From the NCBI GenBank assembly GCA_965219385.1, contig CBDCNM010000002.1, positions 716,639 through 780,638 on the forward strand: DNA of 64,000 nucleotides, given 5' to 3'. The notes beneath the pieces were generated by a model. The model had not been told where the DNA came from, searched no databases, and worked only from the letters and a program-made list of their open reading frames with translations. Positions 31,361 to 41,138 of this stretch are shown one piece after another; position 1 is the stretch's first letter; every line of letters starts with the position of its first letter. Source of the DNA: Candidatus Latescibacterota bacterium (GTDB taxonomy: Bacteria; Latescibacterota; UBA2968; UBA8231). A program made the position numbers and the translations under genes.

Positions 31361-33942
31361 ATCCCGACCTGTCCACCTACCTGAAAACACCTTCCCTGGC
31401 CCACCGTCTGAATCCCTGGTGGCTGGCGAAGATGGCCTGGCGCGACAGCCGCCGCCACCGCCGCCGCCTGCTGCTGTTCGCATCCTCCGTCACCACCGGC
31501 ATAGCGGCCCTGGTGGCCATGGGCACCTTGAGCTCCACCATGGAGCACAACGTGAACGCCCAGGCCAATGCCCTGCTGGGGGCCGACCTGGTCGTCAGCA
31601 ACAACCAGTCTTTCAGCAAAGAGATGGAAACCCTCTTCGCCGCAATGGGCGGGGAACAATCCCGCCAGATCCGCTTCTCCTCCATGGTTTATTTTCCCAA
31701 AGCTGCGGGGACTCGCCTGGTACAGGTCCGCGCCCTGGAAGGGGGTTTCCCCTACTACGGCGAGTTCAAAACCGCTCCCGCCGCCGCGGCCCGCGGCTTT
31801 ACAAAAGGCCGCAATGCCCTGGTCGACGACACCCTGATGCTCCAGTTCAACGCCGGGGTGGGCGACTCCATCAAGGTCGGCGCCCTGATGTTCCGCATTG
31901 CCGGACGGTTGCGCAAGATACCCGGCGAGACCCCGATGATGAGCAACCTGGAACCGCGAGTCTGTATCCCGGCCGCCTTTCTGGAGGAGACCAGACTGGT
32001 CCGGCAGGGGAGCCGGGTTTCCTACCACATCTTTTTCAAGTTCGCAGAGCAAGGAGATGTCGATGAGATGATGGAGCGGGTGCAGCCGCGTTTCGAGGAA
32101 TGGCACCTGAGCTACGAAACCGTCTCCAGCCGCAAGCGGAACATCGGCCGTCCCCTGCGCAACCTCTACCGCTTTCTCAACCTGGGTAGTTTTATCGCCC
32201 TCTTGCTGGGCAGCGTGGGGGTGGCCAGTTCGATCCACACCTACGTAAAACAAAAACTGAACACCATTGCCATCCTGCGCAGCCTGGGAGCCAACCCCTC
32301 ACAGACCCTCGGCGTCTACCTGCTCCAGGCCGCGGCCATGGGTCTGATCGGTTCGGCCGCCGGGGTCCTGGTCGGCATGGCAGTCGTGGCCCTGCTCCCG
32401 GCCGTGCTGGGCGACTTGCTGCCCCTGGATATCCAGTTCGATATGGCCACGGTATCTATTACAACCCTGCTCAAGGGGTTGTCCTTGGGCCTGGGCATGG
32501 CCGTGGTTTTCGCCCTGCTGCCCCTTTTACAGATCCGCAGGGCATCGCCCTGGCTGGCCCTGCGGGTTTCCTTCGAGGAAAACCAGGCCCTGAAAAAAGA
32601 CCCCTGGCGCTGGTTCTTGTACCTGTTGATCGCCCTGGGCATCGGCGGTTTCGCCCTGAGCCAGACCCGGATCTGGGAACATGGCTTGGGCTTTGCCGTG
32701 GCCCTGGGTCTGGCTTTTGGCCTCCTGGCCCTGGTGGCCCGGGCCATCATTTTTGCCGCTCGCCGCTTTTTTCCTCTTTCCTGGAACTATATCTGGCGTC
32801 AGGGCCTGGCCAATCTCTACCGGCCCAACAACCAGACCGCCATGCTGGTCCTGGCCCTGGGTCTGGGCACCTTTTTGATCGCCACCCTCTATCTGCTGCA
32901 AACCGCCCTGCTCAATGATATCACCTCGGTCAGCGACCAGGAGCAACCCAACATGGTGTTCATCGATATCCAGACCGACCAGGTGGAATCCGTGGCCGCA
33001 CTGGTGGAGGATTTCGATGTCACCCTCCTGCAGCAGGTACCCGTGGTGCCCATGCGCCTGACCCACGTGAAGGGAAAAAGCGTCCACGACCTGCGCAACG
33101 ACCCGAATTCCAGGGTGTCCCGCTGGGCTTTAGACCGGGATTACCGCTCCACCTACCGGGACCACTTTACCGATACCGAGACCCTGACAGCCGGCCAGTG
33201 GCGCGAGCGCGCGCACGGCGACGCGGTCTTCATCTCCCTCGATCAGAATCTGGCGCGCCATTTGAAGGTGGAACTGGGGGATGAAATCGTCTTTGACGTA
33301 CAGGGGGTGCCCATCGCCGCCTTGGTCGGCAGTCTGCGCTCGGTCAACTGGCGCCGGGTGCGGCCCAACTTCATGGTCCTGTTTCCCGCCGAGGTCCTGG
33401 AAGAGGCGCCGCAATTCCACGTGTTCGTGTTGCGCAGCCATTCCAGCGCGGCGAGCGCCGCCCTACAACGGGCCCTGGCCGCCCGCTTCCCCAATGTTTC
33501 CACCATCGACCTGGAACTCATCCTGAGTACCATAAACGCCATTCTGGACAAGGCCTCCGTGGTGATTCGCTTCATGGCCCTGTTCAGTGTGAGCACAGGG
33601 CTGCTGGTGCTGCTGGGGGTGATCACCAGCAGCCGCTATCAGCGCATGCTCGAAAGCGTGCTCCTGCGGACCCTGGGGGCCACCCGCCGGCAGGTCGTCA
33701 GGATCGTGATTCTGGAATACTTTTTCCTGGGTAGTCTGGCCGCCCTGAACGGACTGATCCTGGCCCTGGCCAGCACCTGGGCCCTGACTTACTTTATTTT
33801 TGATATTTCCTTTGCGCCGTCCTGGTCGCCCCTGATCCTGGTTCTGAGCCTGGTCGTCGGGCTGACGGTCGTGGTGGGTTTGCTCTGCAGCAGGGGGCTG
33901 CACGACAGGCCGCCGCTGGAGGTGCTGCGCGCCGCGGGGTAA
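31357..33942 (+). CDS. ABC transporter permease, YbbP/FtsX-like
   Basis: Two FtsX-like halves (LLGADL, FPYYG, IAILRSLGA, FIDIQ, VLLRTLGA). ATGA overlap with the ATPase gene. Confidence 0.9.
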   Translation: MNPDLSTYLKTPSLAHRLNPWWLAKMAWRDSRRHRRRLLLFASSVTTGIAALVAMGTLSSTMEHNVNAQANALLGADLVVSNNQSFSKEMETLFAAMGGEQSRQIRFSSMVYFPKAAGTRLVQVRALEGGFPYYGEFKTAPAAAARGFTKGRNALVDDTLMLQFNAGVGDSIKVGALMFRIAGRLRKIPGETPMMSNLEPRVCIPAAFLEETRLVRQGSRVSYHIFFKFAEQGDVDEMMERVQPRFEEWHLSYETVSSRKRNIGRPLRNLYRFLNLGSFIALLLGSVGVASSIHTYVKQKLNTIAILRSLGANPSQTLGVYLLQAAAMGLIGSAAGVLVGMAVVALLPAVLGDLLPLDIQFDMATVSITTLLKGLSLGLGMAVVFALLPLLQIRRASPWLALRVSFEENQALKKDPWRWFLYLLIALGIGGFALSQTRIWEHGLGFAVALGLAFGLLALVARAIIFAARRFFPLSWNYIWRQGLANLYRPNNQTAMLVLALGLGTFLIATLYLLQTALLNDITSVSDQEQPNMVFIDIQTDQVESVAALVEDFDVTLLQQVPVVPMRLTHVKGKSVHDLRNDPNSRVSRWALDRDYRSTYRDHFTDTETLTAGQWRERAHGDAVFISLDQNLARHLKVELGDEIVFDVQGVPIAALVGSLRSVNWRRVRPNFMVLFPAEVLEEAPQFHVFVLRSHSSAASAALQRALAARFPNVSTIDLELILSTINAILDKASVVIRFMALFSVSTGLLVLLGVITSSRYQRMLESVLLRTLGATRRQVVRIVILEYFFLGSLAALNGLILALASTWALTYFIFDISFAPSWSPLILVLSLVVGLTVVVGLLCSRGLHDRPPLEVLRAAG

Positions 33943-33947
33943 TTAAA

Positions 33948-33996
33948 CCCTTGCGAATTCTACGGAGCCAAAAATCCATCTCCATTCGCAAAAGGG
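33948..33996. terminator. Inverted repeat just after the last core gene; possible terminator at the island boundary
   Basis: CCCTTGCGAAT ... ATTCGCAAAAGGG with an inner GGAG/CTCC pair; no clear poly-T. Confidence 0.4.
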
Positions 33997-34197
33997 CCGA
34001 ACCATTGTTGACCTACGTCGGGAATACGGTAGTTAAGCGCCAGTGCGTGATCGAAACTCTTGAGAGGCACTTGCTACGTGCAGGAATTGATAAAAAATTT
34101 GGGCGATAAATTTCCTTTTCAAGTCGAGACAACAAGACCATCAACGGCAGAGCGTGAAGGACGAAAGTGGCCCATTCGATTACGTCGCAACAATTCA

Positions 34198-34395
34198 ATG
34201 GAACCAGGCCGGACGTGGATTTTCACGGATGGAGGTGGAGGGGGCAGGTTTGCAGCCGCGATTGTCCGTCCTTGCATTGAGGAGTACCGTACGGGCCGGC
34301 GAGAAATCAACTCCAACAGCGTCGTCGCCGAACTCGACGGAGTCATTCTAGGTCTGGAAAACACCGTCTTGGGGGAAAGGGTCACAAGCGCTTAA
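34198..34395 (+). pseudogene. Truncated RNase H-like N-terminal fragment in cassette 1
   Basis: WIFTDG...NSVVAELDGVILGL matches the first two RNase HI acidic motifs. The ORF stops (TAA inside the attC R'' box) before the expected DS motif. Confidence 0.55.
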
Positions 34396-34474
34396 CACCG
34401 TGACCCCGGCTCCGGGCCTTTTCGGCCCTCCGCCCAACCGCTGCGCGGGTTCGTGGGTGCCGAGAGCGTTATGA
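34390..34474 (+). other. attC-like site 1
   Basis: GCTTAAC-ACCGTGACCCCGG...CTCCGCCCAACC..GCGGGTTCGTGGGTGCCGAGAGC-GTTATGA. GCGCTTAAC (34388-34396) is the exact reverse complement of GTTAAGCGC (34032-34040). Confidence 0.75.
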
Positions 34475-34549
34475 GAAATGCCAAAACCTTGTTCTACAGC
34501 GTCGCTCTGAGATTCTTACGCCGAGACAAAAGGTCAGAAAGACAACACT

Positions 34550-37156
34550 ATGGCTTTTCTACTTCTGTCAATTCTCCTATTGCTGTGGTCATGTTTTGCG
34601 AGCGCTGCAACAAACTTCGTTTGTGCCGGGCTCAGCACTGAGAGTATTGATCTGAGGCTCCCTGACGAGGCGGCCAAGGTGGCGCCGTTTGAGTCCTTGG
34701 AAACAAGGCACGCCCTTCTCGTTTTCACGGGCTTCCCAGGCGACACGGCCACGCTACCCAGCTGGGCCTCCGACGTATTCGACCCCGGGAGGGAGGGAAG
34801 CCTGACTCACTTCTATGATGAGATGTCCTTTGGAGGCCTGAAGGTCAGTGGCAGTGTGGCCCCCCAAAGGTATATTTCAAGTAGAGATGCCATCTCTTAC
34901 GCCTCTGAAGATCATACCGGGCTTGGCCGATTCGGGGAGTTCGTGGCGGAGATCGTCGCGATGGCCGATGACGATATCGATTTCGCTCAGTTCGATAGTG
35001 ACGGACCGGATGGGCTCCCGAACTCTGGTGATGACGACGGAGTCGTCGACATGCTGTTCGTCGTCACGCCCGCAGTCCCTCGCAACTTTCTGTTAGGTTC
35101 GGCCACAGGGATTGCCAGCCTTGGACTCACCAGGGATTTGGAGACCGATGATCAGACGATCGATGGTGCGCCGGTTCGCATCTCATCTCGCAACGGAACG
35201 GTCCAGGTAGGCAGATCCTTCAGCAAGACCGTCGGCGTCCTGGCGCACGAAGTCGGCCACCTCCTGGGACTTCCAGATCTTTTCAACACGAATTGGATTC
35301 GGAGTACGGAGCCGCTCGGTCCTATGCTGGATTCAGCCGGCATCGGCGCCTGGGAGCTGATGGGATGGGGCGCCTCGGGCTGGAACGGCAATGATGGCCC
35401 CAACAGCTTCAGCGCCTGGAGCCGGGTGCAGTTGGGGTGGACGCAGGTAATGGACCTGGACCAGCTGCGGCAGGAGATTGAGCTGGAAGACATTGGCCGC
35501 GGAGGGCGCGTGTACCGAATTCCCCTCGGCGCGACCGAGTCCTACTTGCTGGAATATCGCCGGCGCGACGGGAGCTACTATGATCGCAATATCCCTGAAG
35601 AGGGTCTGCTGATCTGGCATCAGGTGCTCGAGTTGGGGCAGATCCTCGACCTGGAATGCGCCGACGGACGCTGGCGCGACGCAGGATTTCCCTTGGGCTC
35701 CGTGCCCGCTCCCGAGACCGGGCAAGACAACCTCGACTTCTGGGCTCACGATCAGGATTACGCCCACGCCCACAGCGGCAACCTGGGGGATGCAACCGAT
35801 ATATTCGACGGCCTGCGCTTCACTTCGTTCACGCCAGAGGGGAATCCCTCCTCCAGGACCAAGAGGGGACTGACACCCCGGATAGAGGGCATCCGGCAGG
35901 AGGGGAGCCGCCTCCGAGCCTTGGTGTCGTTGAATCCGGCCAGGCTGTCTGTCGTCCAGTTTGCACTGCTGGACAGCACCGACGACGGGGTAGTCGAGCC
36001 GGGTGAGTCTGCGCAATTGCGATTTGGACTTGTAAATAGGGGAGGAATCGTCGCACGGGACGTCCGGGTTGTGTTCGACACGGGCGAGGCTCTACGAGTC
36101 GAACCCGAGGTCTTGCAATATCTCGACGTTGACGTAACAGGATATCAGGGGGCTCCGACGCGGCCGAGCCTGACGCTTACCGGCCCTTTGGTGGGGGCGA
36201 GGACCATTCCGCTGACGATGCGTATGCTCACCGACGGCGAGGAAGTGGGTCGTGATACGTTCCGCATTGAGGTGGCAACGCCGCGTCAGAGAGTGGTGGG
36301 CGTGACGGTGATCGACTCGGCCGGCAACGGGGACGGCGTCGCGCAGAAGGGGGAGATTGTGCAGGTGTCGGCCCGGCTCGAAGTATCGAGCGCAGCGGCG
36401 ATGAGGGCCCTCCGGTTCTCAATGGCCAAACTGGACAGCGATGTGGTCTGTTTGAGCACGGATCGCGTGACCTTCGTTCAGGAGAGTGATTCAACGGTCA
36501 TCGCTGCAGTAATGCCGGAATTTCTACTTCCGTCCGACCTGCCGTCCGGGAGACGGCTGGAATTCGAGCTGCAAGCGACGGGCACATTTGAAAGCTGGCT
36601 GGACACGCTGACGGTCGAGGTAGGAGAGGGGCTGGACGAGACGGCACCGAGAGTGACATCGCTGCGCGTGCAAACGACAGGTGACGGACTACTGATCCGC
36701 GTGGAGGGTCGTTGGATCCTGGAGAGTAGCGACGTCCATGAAGTCTGGGCGATCATAAGATCGCTAGATGGCTCAGCAGACCTGGCCGTGCTACCACTGG
36801 CTCGCGAGGACACCTGGTACGAGGGCGTATGGACGGGCGAACCGGGTGCGTACCAGGTGCGGGTTGAAGCGGTGGATGCCAGCGGCAATACTGGACGTAG
36901 CCCGGCCCGGAGTGCGACCCTGTTACAGGGGTCTTCCCTCGGAGCCGGAACGTTCACCGTCGGTGGCGAGTGGCGGGAAGTAGATCTCCCACTCGATGAG
37001 CGAGACGGAACGGTGACGGACGTGGCGATCGCGCCGACCGATCCAAACGTTTGGTACGCAACCACCCTATCGGGGTTGCATCGAAGCGAAGACGGGGGGC
37101 GGACCTGGATAAGGACGGGACTGATGTTTAACGGGGTTTCAATATCGGAAGAGTGA
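34550..37156 (+). CDS. Secreted M6-family (immune inhibitor A-like) zinc metalloprotease, N-terminal part; probably frameshifted into the next ORF
   Basis: Signal peptide; SLTHFYDEMSFG, DFAQFD..DG, AHEVGHLLGLPDL, WELMGWG, SAWSRVQLGW, GLLIWH. Ends within a BNR repeat. Confidence 0.85.
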   Translation: MAFLLLSILLLLWSCFASAATNFVCAGLSTESIDLRLPDEAAKVAPFESLETRHALLVFTGFPGDTATLPSWASDVFDPGREGSLTHFYDEMSFGGLKVSGSVAPQRYISSRDAISYASEDHTGLGRFGEFVAEIVAMADDDIDFAQFDSDGPDGLPNSGDDDGVVDMLFVVTPAVPRNFLLGSATGIASLGLTRDLETDDQTIDGAPVRISSRNGTVQVGRSFSKTVGVLAHEVGHLLGLPDLFNTNWIRSTEPLGPMLDSAGIGAWELMGWGASGWNGNDGPNSFSAWSRVQLGWTQVMDLDQLRQEIELEDIGRGGRVYRIPLGATESYLLEYRRRDGSYYDRNIPEEGLLIWHQVLELGQILDLECADGRWRDAGFPLGSVPAPETGQDNLDFWAHDQDYAHAHSGNLGDATDIFDGLRFTSFTPEGNPSSRTKRGLTPRIEGIRQEGSRLRALVSLNPARLSVVQFALLDSTDDGVVEPGESAQLRFGLVNRGGIVARDVRVVFDTGEALRVEPEVLQYLDVDVTGYQGAPTRPSLTLTGPLVGARTIPLTMRMLTDGEEVGRDTFRIEVATPRQRVVGVTVIDSAGNGDGVAQKGEIVQVSARLEVSSAAAMRALRFSMAKLDSDVVCLSTDRVTFVQESDSTVIAAVMPEFLLPSDLPSGRRLEFELQATGTFESWLDTLTVEVGEGLDETAPRVTSLRVQTTGDGLLIRVEGRWILESSDVHEVWAIIRSLDGSADLAVLPLAREDTWYEGVWTGEPGAYQVRVEAVDASGNTGRSPARSATLLQGSSLGAGTFTVGGEWREVDLPLDERDGTVTDVAIAPTDPNVWYATTLSGLHRSEDGGRTWIRTGLMFNGVSISEE

Positions 37157-39186
37157 CCGTCGACCCACTGAACCCTGCAACCGTGTATGTCACGGAATAT
37201 GGCCAGTTGCTCCTGAGTCGCGACGGAGGGGCTACCTGGAACCGAATTGGGCTGCCCGTTGAGGAAGGGGACAGACTGGAGGTGGCGGTAGACGCCGTCC
37301 TGCCCGGGCGAATCTACGCCACCGGTGTCCGCGGGTTGCTCATTTCCGATGACGACGGGGCCACGTGGCGTCTCGCCGGTGCAAAGCCGACGGTGGAACG
37401 CGGTGTATTCGCTCACCCCAGAAGGAGGTCCGACGTGTTCGGACTGCAAGTTAGCACGGATTCAGATGGTAACCCCAGTAGCAGCGTGATCTGGCGCAGC
37501 TCCGATGGGGGCCGAACGTGGCGAACCATTGAACCGGGGCTACTACTGAGCCGTCTGCGACCCGACCCCAGATCGCCGGAGGCGCTCTACGGGCTCTCGG
37601 AAAATGGCGTATTCCACAGTATGGACGGCGGCGAGACCTGGAGAAACCTGGAGGCAGGTATTTCCGGGCAATGGGGCGACCTTGCCACGGACCCGCAAGT
37701 GCCTGGCCTCCTTGTTGTGGGATCCTCCATTGGGCACGATGGGAAGATAGTTGCTTCAGATGATGGTGGAGAGACCTGGGCCGAGCCGGTTGTCGCAACC
37801 GCATCACACGTGGTTTTGCGGGGTGACAGAGTAGCCGTACTCAGTGGCGGCCGATTGTTCAGGATCATCGGTGGACCGCTGGACGGGGCGAGCGAGGAAG
37901 CGATGGTTCGAGTCGTGAACCCGCCGACGGGGGGCATCGTTTTCAACGCTGCGGGGCACGGGGTGGCCGGTGGGTTGCTAACGGTGGAGGGCCGCCAGCG
38001 TCAGGGAGTGTTCTCCTCCGTAGACGGTGGCGAATCGTGGGTATGGCGTGGCTCGACGAAGCGGATCGGCGGGGGCTCCTACGGCATGTTCGGCATGGTA
38101 TTCATGGATCCGTTTCTACCTGAAGTCCTCTTTGCACACATCAGCACAGGACTCAACTTCTACGCACGGTCAGAAGATGCGGGCCTGAGTTGGGATGGGA
38201 TCGACGTCGCCCAGAGTGGTCGCTCTATCGGCCAAATGCTCGTGCGCCCTCCCATCGTCGCCCATCCCGAAGAAGATGGGGTGTATTATCTGGGTGACCT
38301 GCAGGTGTACCGCTCGGAGGACTTTGGGTCCACCTGGAGCGCTCGGGGACCACTGGAGAGGTCAGTTCGTAGCGGAGACATAGACACTATAGGTGGCCTG
38401 GCCCTGGATCCCAGAGCTCCAACGAGGATCCTGGCTTCGCTCGGTGACTCCCTGTGGTTCAGCCAGAACGAGGGGGCTACCTGGGAGGTACTGGGCCGTA
38501 TTCAGCGGCGGGAGCGTATCTTCAGCCTCGCGTACCATCCCATCGACGCGAACCAGCTCTATAGTGCAACGGTGGGAGGTGTGTACCGGTCGGTGGACGG
38601 GGGGCTCATGTGGGAACGATCGCTGACGCCCGAATCGAAGCGTTGGATCAGTGCCCACATTCGGCAGCACCCGATACAGGCGGATCGAGTGTACGTGGTG
38701 ACTAGCCGCGAGTTATATGAGAGTCGTGACGGCGGTCGCACCTGGCAACCACTACATCAGAAGTTCGGTGGTCTGCCCTGGTTCAACGACGTGGCGGTAA
38801 GCCCGACCAACCCCGAAGTCCTGTTCGTAGCAACGACGTGGGGGCTTTTCAAGCTGGAGAGCGGCAGCAAGACCTCCCTAGTAGAGGAAGCGGCCTATGT
38901 CGCGCCAGAGAGCTTTGGACTGGACCAGAATTTTCCGAATCCGTTCAATCCCTCCACGACCATCCGCTACCAGCTATCCAACGGAGCAAACGTCGAATTG
39001 GGTGTGTACACCATGCTGGGACAGAAAATCCGGCATCTTGTGGAAACCCATCAACCTACAGGACATTATACCGTGCGCTGGGATGGCCGCGATGACCGAG
39101 GAGCTGAGTTGGCTACCGGGGTCTATGTGTATCGCCTAAAAGTCGGCACCCAAACGCAGGCACGTAAACTTTTACTGCTGCGATAA
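37153..39186 (+). CDS. BNR/Asp-box beta-propeller with C-terminal FlgD-Ig (T9SS-like) sorting domain; probable 3' part of the protease gene
   Basis: Many S.DGG.TW repeats. C-terminus LDQNFPNPFNPSTTI...WDGRDD...GVYVYRL...KLLLLR. No signal peptide of its own. Confidence 0.85.
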   Translation: MTVDPLNPATVYVTEYGQLLLSRDGGATWNRIGLPVEEGDRLEVAVDAVLPGRIYATGVRGLLISDDDGATWRLAGAKPTVERGVFAHPRRRSDVFGLQVSTDSDGNPSSSVIWRSSDGGRTWRTIEPGLLLSRLRPDPRSPEALYGLSENGVFHSMDGGETWRNLEAGISGQWGDLATDPQVPGLLVVGSSIGHDGKIVASDDGGETWAEPVVATASHVVLRGDRVAVLSGGRLFRIIGGPLDGASEEAMVRVVNPPTGGIVFNAAGHGVAGGLLTVEGRQRQGVFSSVDGGESWVWRGSTKRIGGGSYGMFGMVFMDPFLPEVLFAHISTGLNFYARSEDAGLSWDGIDVAQSGRSIGQMLVRPPIVAHPEEDGVYYLGDLQVYRSEDFGSTWSARGPLERSVRSGDIDTIGGLALDPRAPTRILASLGDSLWFSQNEGATWEVLGRIQRRERIFSLAYHPIDANQLYSATVGGVYRSVDGGLMWERSLTPESKRWISAHIRQHPIQADRVYVVTSRELYESRDGGRTWQPLHQKFGGLPWFNDVAVSPTNPEVLFVATTWGLFKLESGSKTSLVEEAAYVAPESFGLDQNFPNPFNPSTTIRYQLSNGANVELGVYTMLGQKIRHLVETHQPTGHYTVRWDGRDDRGAELATGVYVYRLKVGTQTQARKLLLLR

Positions 39187-39250
39187 GCGGCTTCTAAATG
39201 ACACAGACACGTGGCGGTGGAGAGAAATGACATTCCGATGGAGGATCTGA

Positions 39251-39835
39251 ATGACTAGCTGGCTCGAATTGACATTCCCGGGTGACACTAGAAAGGGATC
39301 CGTGCTTGTTATCGATGACGAACGAGTCAATGTGCTCACGGATCCTCTACGGTGGCGCATCCTGGAAACTCTTGGGGAGGGGAAATCCGTGGCAGAGATT
39401 TCGTCGATATTGGGCGTTACCGATACCCGGGTGCTCCGCCACTTGGAACGACTCGCGGAATCAGCTGTCGTACATCTTCAAGAAACTGGTAGTGACCCGA
39501 GGGCTTGGCGTTGCCTCCCAGCGGCAGGCAAGATTCGACTCCGGGACCCACTTGATGAGACGGCCCAAACCTCCGAGCCAGTACCTTCGGAGACTGTTTG
39601 CCAGTTTAATCAAGCGTTTCGCGAAAGTGCGGACGGCATATTCGGTCCAAATTTTCAAAGCTCTGTCAACCATAACCGCGCTCGACTCTCGGAAGATCAG
39701 GCGGCCGAATTCAACCGTCGGCTCCTGAACCTCATAGAGGAGTACTTTCCACCTGGTAGGGGAGATCCTTCCGGAATCAAGTATGGCTTTTTCGGGGTGC
39801 TAACCCCGATTGATCTTCCTCCTATTGAGTCGTGA
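39251..39835 (+). CDS. ArsR-like winged helix-turn-helix protein
   Basis: LTDPLRWRILETL..KSVAEISSILG..VLRHLERL; C-terminal RLSEDQAAEF; GGAGG RBS. Confidence 0.75.
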   Translation: MTSWLELTFPGDTRKGSVLVIDDERVNVLTDPLRWRILETLGEGKSVAEISSILGVTDTRVLRHLERLAESAVVHLQETGSDPRAWRCLPAAGKIRLRDPLDETAQTSEPVPSETVCQFNQAFRESADGIFGPNFQSSVNHNRARLSEDQAAEFNRRLLNLIEEYFPPGRGDPSGIKYGFFGVLTPIDLPPIES

Positions 39836-39968
39836 TAGTGTGGATTATGCACCCTATGCGTTGACAAGGAATTTCTACCGAAAATGTGGGTTCAGCGTGT
39901 ACAAGCGATCACGAACTGACAATCCTGGCTGTCCAGAGGAGATTTGGCTTTCAAAGAAAGTAGAATGA
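39834..39968 (+). pseudogene. C-terminal fragment of a GNAT acetyltransferase
   Basis: Manual translation DSVDYAPYALTRNFYRKCGFSVYKRSRTDNPGCPEEIWLSKKVE* contains the GNAT motif FY.K.GF. No N-terminal part is present. Confidence 0.55.
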
Positions 39969-40162
39969 GAAATGACAAATGAAGCCCAGTCCTGAGCGGT
40001 CGGGTACATCATTGACAAAATAGTCCGGGGACATGGTTTACACTTCCTTCAGGCGTCATCGGCCTCACCCAGAGTACGTCTAATTGGTCCACTAGTCCGA
40101 GATGACGGCAAGTCTTTAAAGCCCATGAAGATACAAGAGGACATGTGGCCAAAGTAAAAACC

Positions 40163-40191
40163 TTGCGTGCTATACGTCATTGGCGTATATT
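40163..40191 (+). promoter_or_regulatory. TA promoter with palindromic operator
   Basis: -35 TTGCGT (40163-40168), 17-bp spacer, -10 TATATT (40186-40191). Palindrome TATACGTCA-T-TGGCGTATA at 40171-40189. Confidence 0.75.
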
Positions 40192-40197
40192 AGGCGT

Positions 40198-40515
40198 ATG
40201 ATCTTCGTCGAAACGCCAATCTTCACAAAGGAGATTTTGACACTATTATCCGATGAGGACTACCGGGCAATACAGCTGGCCCTTCTATTCCGCCCAGAAT
40301 CAGGAGAGATAATTCAGCGTACGGGTGGATTGCGAAAACTTAGATGGAAATTTCCTCGCGCTGGCAAGCGGGGCGGTCTTCGTGTTGTCTACTATTGGGA
40401 CAAGCCGGACGATGTCCTTTACATGCTCTAGGTGTATCTCAAGAGCCGGCAGGAAGATCTCACCCCTCGCCAGTGCAAGCTGCTTAGTAAGCTCGTAAAG
40501 GAGTATCTCGCATGA
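40198..40515 (+). pseudogene. RelE/HigB-family toxin interrupted by an in-frame TAG
   Basis: MIFVETPIF..GEIIQRTGGLRKLRW..GKRGGLRVVYY..YML, then TAG at 40429-40431. The frame continues VYLKSRQEDLT..EYLA to a TGA that overlaps the antitoxin ATG. Confidence 0.85.
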
Positions 40516-40802
40516 ACGAGCGCGACTTTGACCAACTTGTAGCCAGCGTCAAGCAAGCCGGAGCGATCAAGCGCGGCAAGTTGAAGCCAGGGCGGATGAC
40601 CCAGATGGATCCCGAAGATATCAGGATGATCCGGAGGAGACTGAATAAATCGCAATCAGAATTTGCCCTGATGATTGGCGTCAGCGTCTCTACTTTGCAA
40701 AATTGGGAGCAGGGACGGCGGCGTCCCGAGGGTCCTGCTCGGGCCCTGCTCAAGATTGCTTCGGAAAACCCCGAAACCGTGGCGCGGTCGTTAAGCGCTT
40801 GA
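40512..40802 (+). CDS. HigA/NadS-like Xre HTH antitoxin
   Basis: IRRRLNKSQSEFA..GVSVSTLQNWEQGRRRPEGPARALL; toxin-first gene order. Confidence 0.9.
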   Translation: MNERDFDQLVASVKQAGAIKRGKLKPGRMTQMDPEDIRMIRRRLNKSQSEFALMIGVSVSTLQNWEQGRRRPEGPARALLKIASENPETVARSLSA

Positions 40803-40835
40803 GCAACCACTCAACCCTACCCCTGGCCACACATC

Positions 40836-40917
40836 CTCTAACACCGTGCCCCCGGCTACGGCGCCTTGGCACCTTCGCCCAACCACTACGCGGTTCGGGG
40901 GCACTGAAACGTTAAGT
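40836..40917 (+). other. attC-like site 2
   Basis: CTCTAAC-ACC-GTGCCCCCG...CTTCGCCCAACC..GCGGTT-CGGGGGCAC-TGAAAC-GTTAAGT, with a perfect 9-bp inner stem. Confidence 0.8.
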
Positions 40918-40974
40918 GCAATGCCGCAGGAATAGAGGCAACCGATTCGACCAGGAGGTGTCAGAAATCAGGAG

Positions 40975-41138
40975 ATGTCAGAAATTCTGTTCATTGGTGT
41001 TGCAATCCTTTTAAGGGTGGATCATAGATTTCTTTTCGAACTCCAGAAGCAGGCGAAATGGAAGCGTCAGCGAGATGGAGTCTTGAGGATTGGTATGGGC
41101 TGTATCGGTGGCACTGTGGAGGAAGGCGAGACCATCAT
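40975..41138 (+). pseudogene. N-terminal fragment of a NUDIX-like protein
   Basis: GVAILL..RFLF...CIGGTVEEGETII is the start of a Nudix box (GG.VE.GET) that breaks off before REL.EE. Confidence 0.5.

Noticed and set aside
34008..34035. Pc-like promoter TTGACC-N16-TAGTTA
   Set aside because: The -10 match is weak and overlaps the crossover site, so it cannot be supported.
40429..40431. Programmed pyrrolysine or readthrough at the toxin TAG
   Set aside because: No pyl genes are visible and TAG is used as a normal stop elsewhere (e.g. 7929-7931). A point mutation is simpler.
40790..40798. Second GTTAAGCGC identical to the cassette 1 start
   Set aside because: It lies inside the antitoxin coding end with no preceding hairpin; likely chance.
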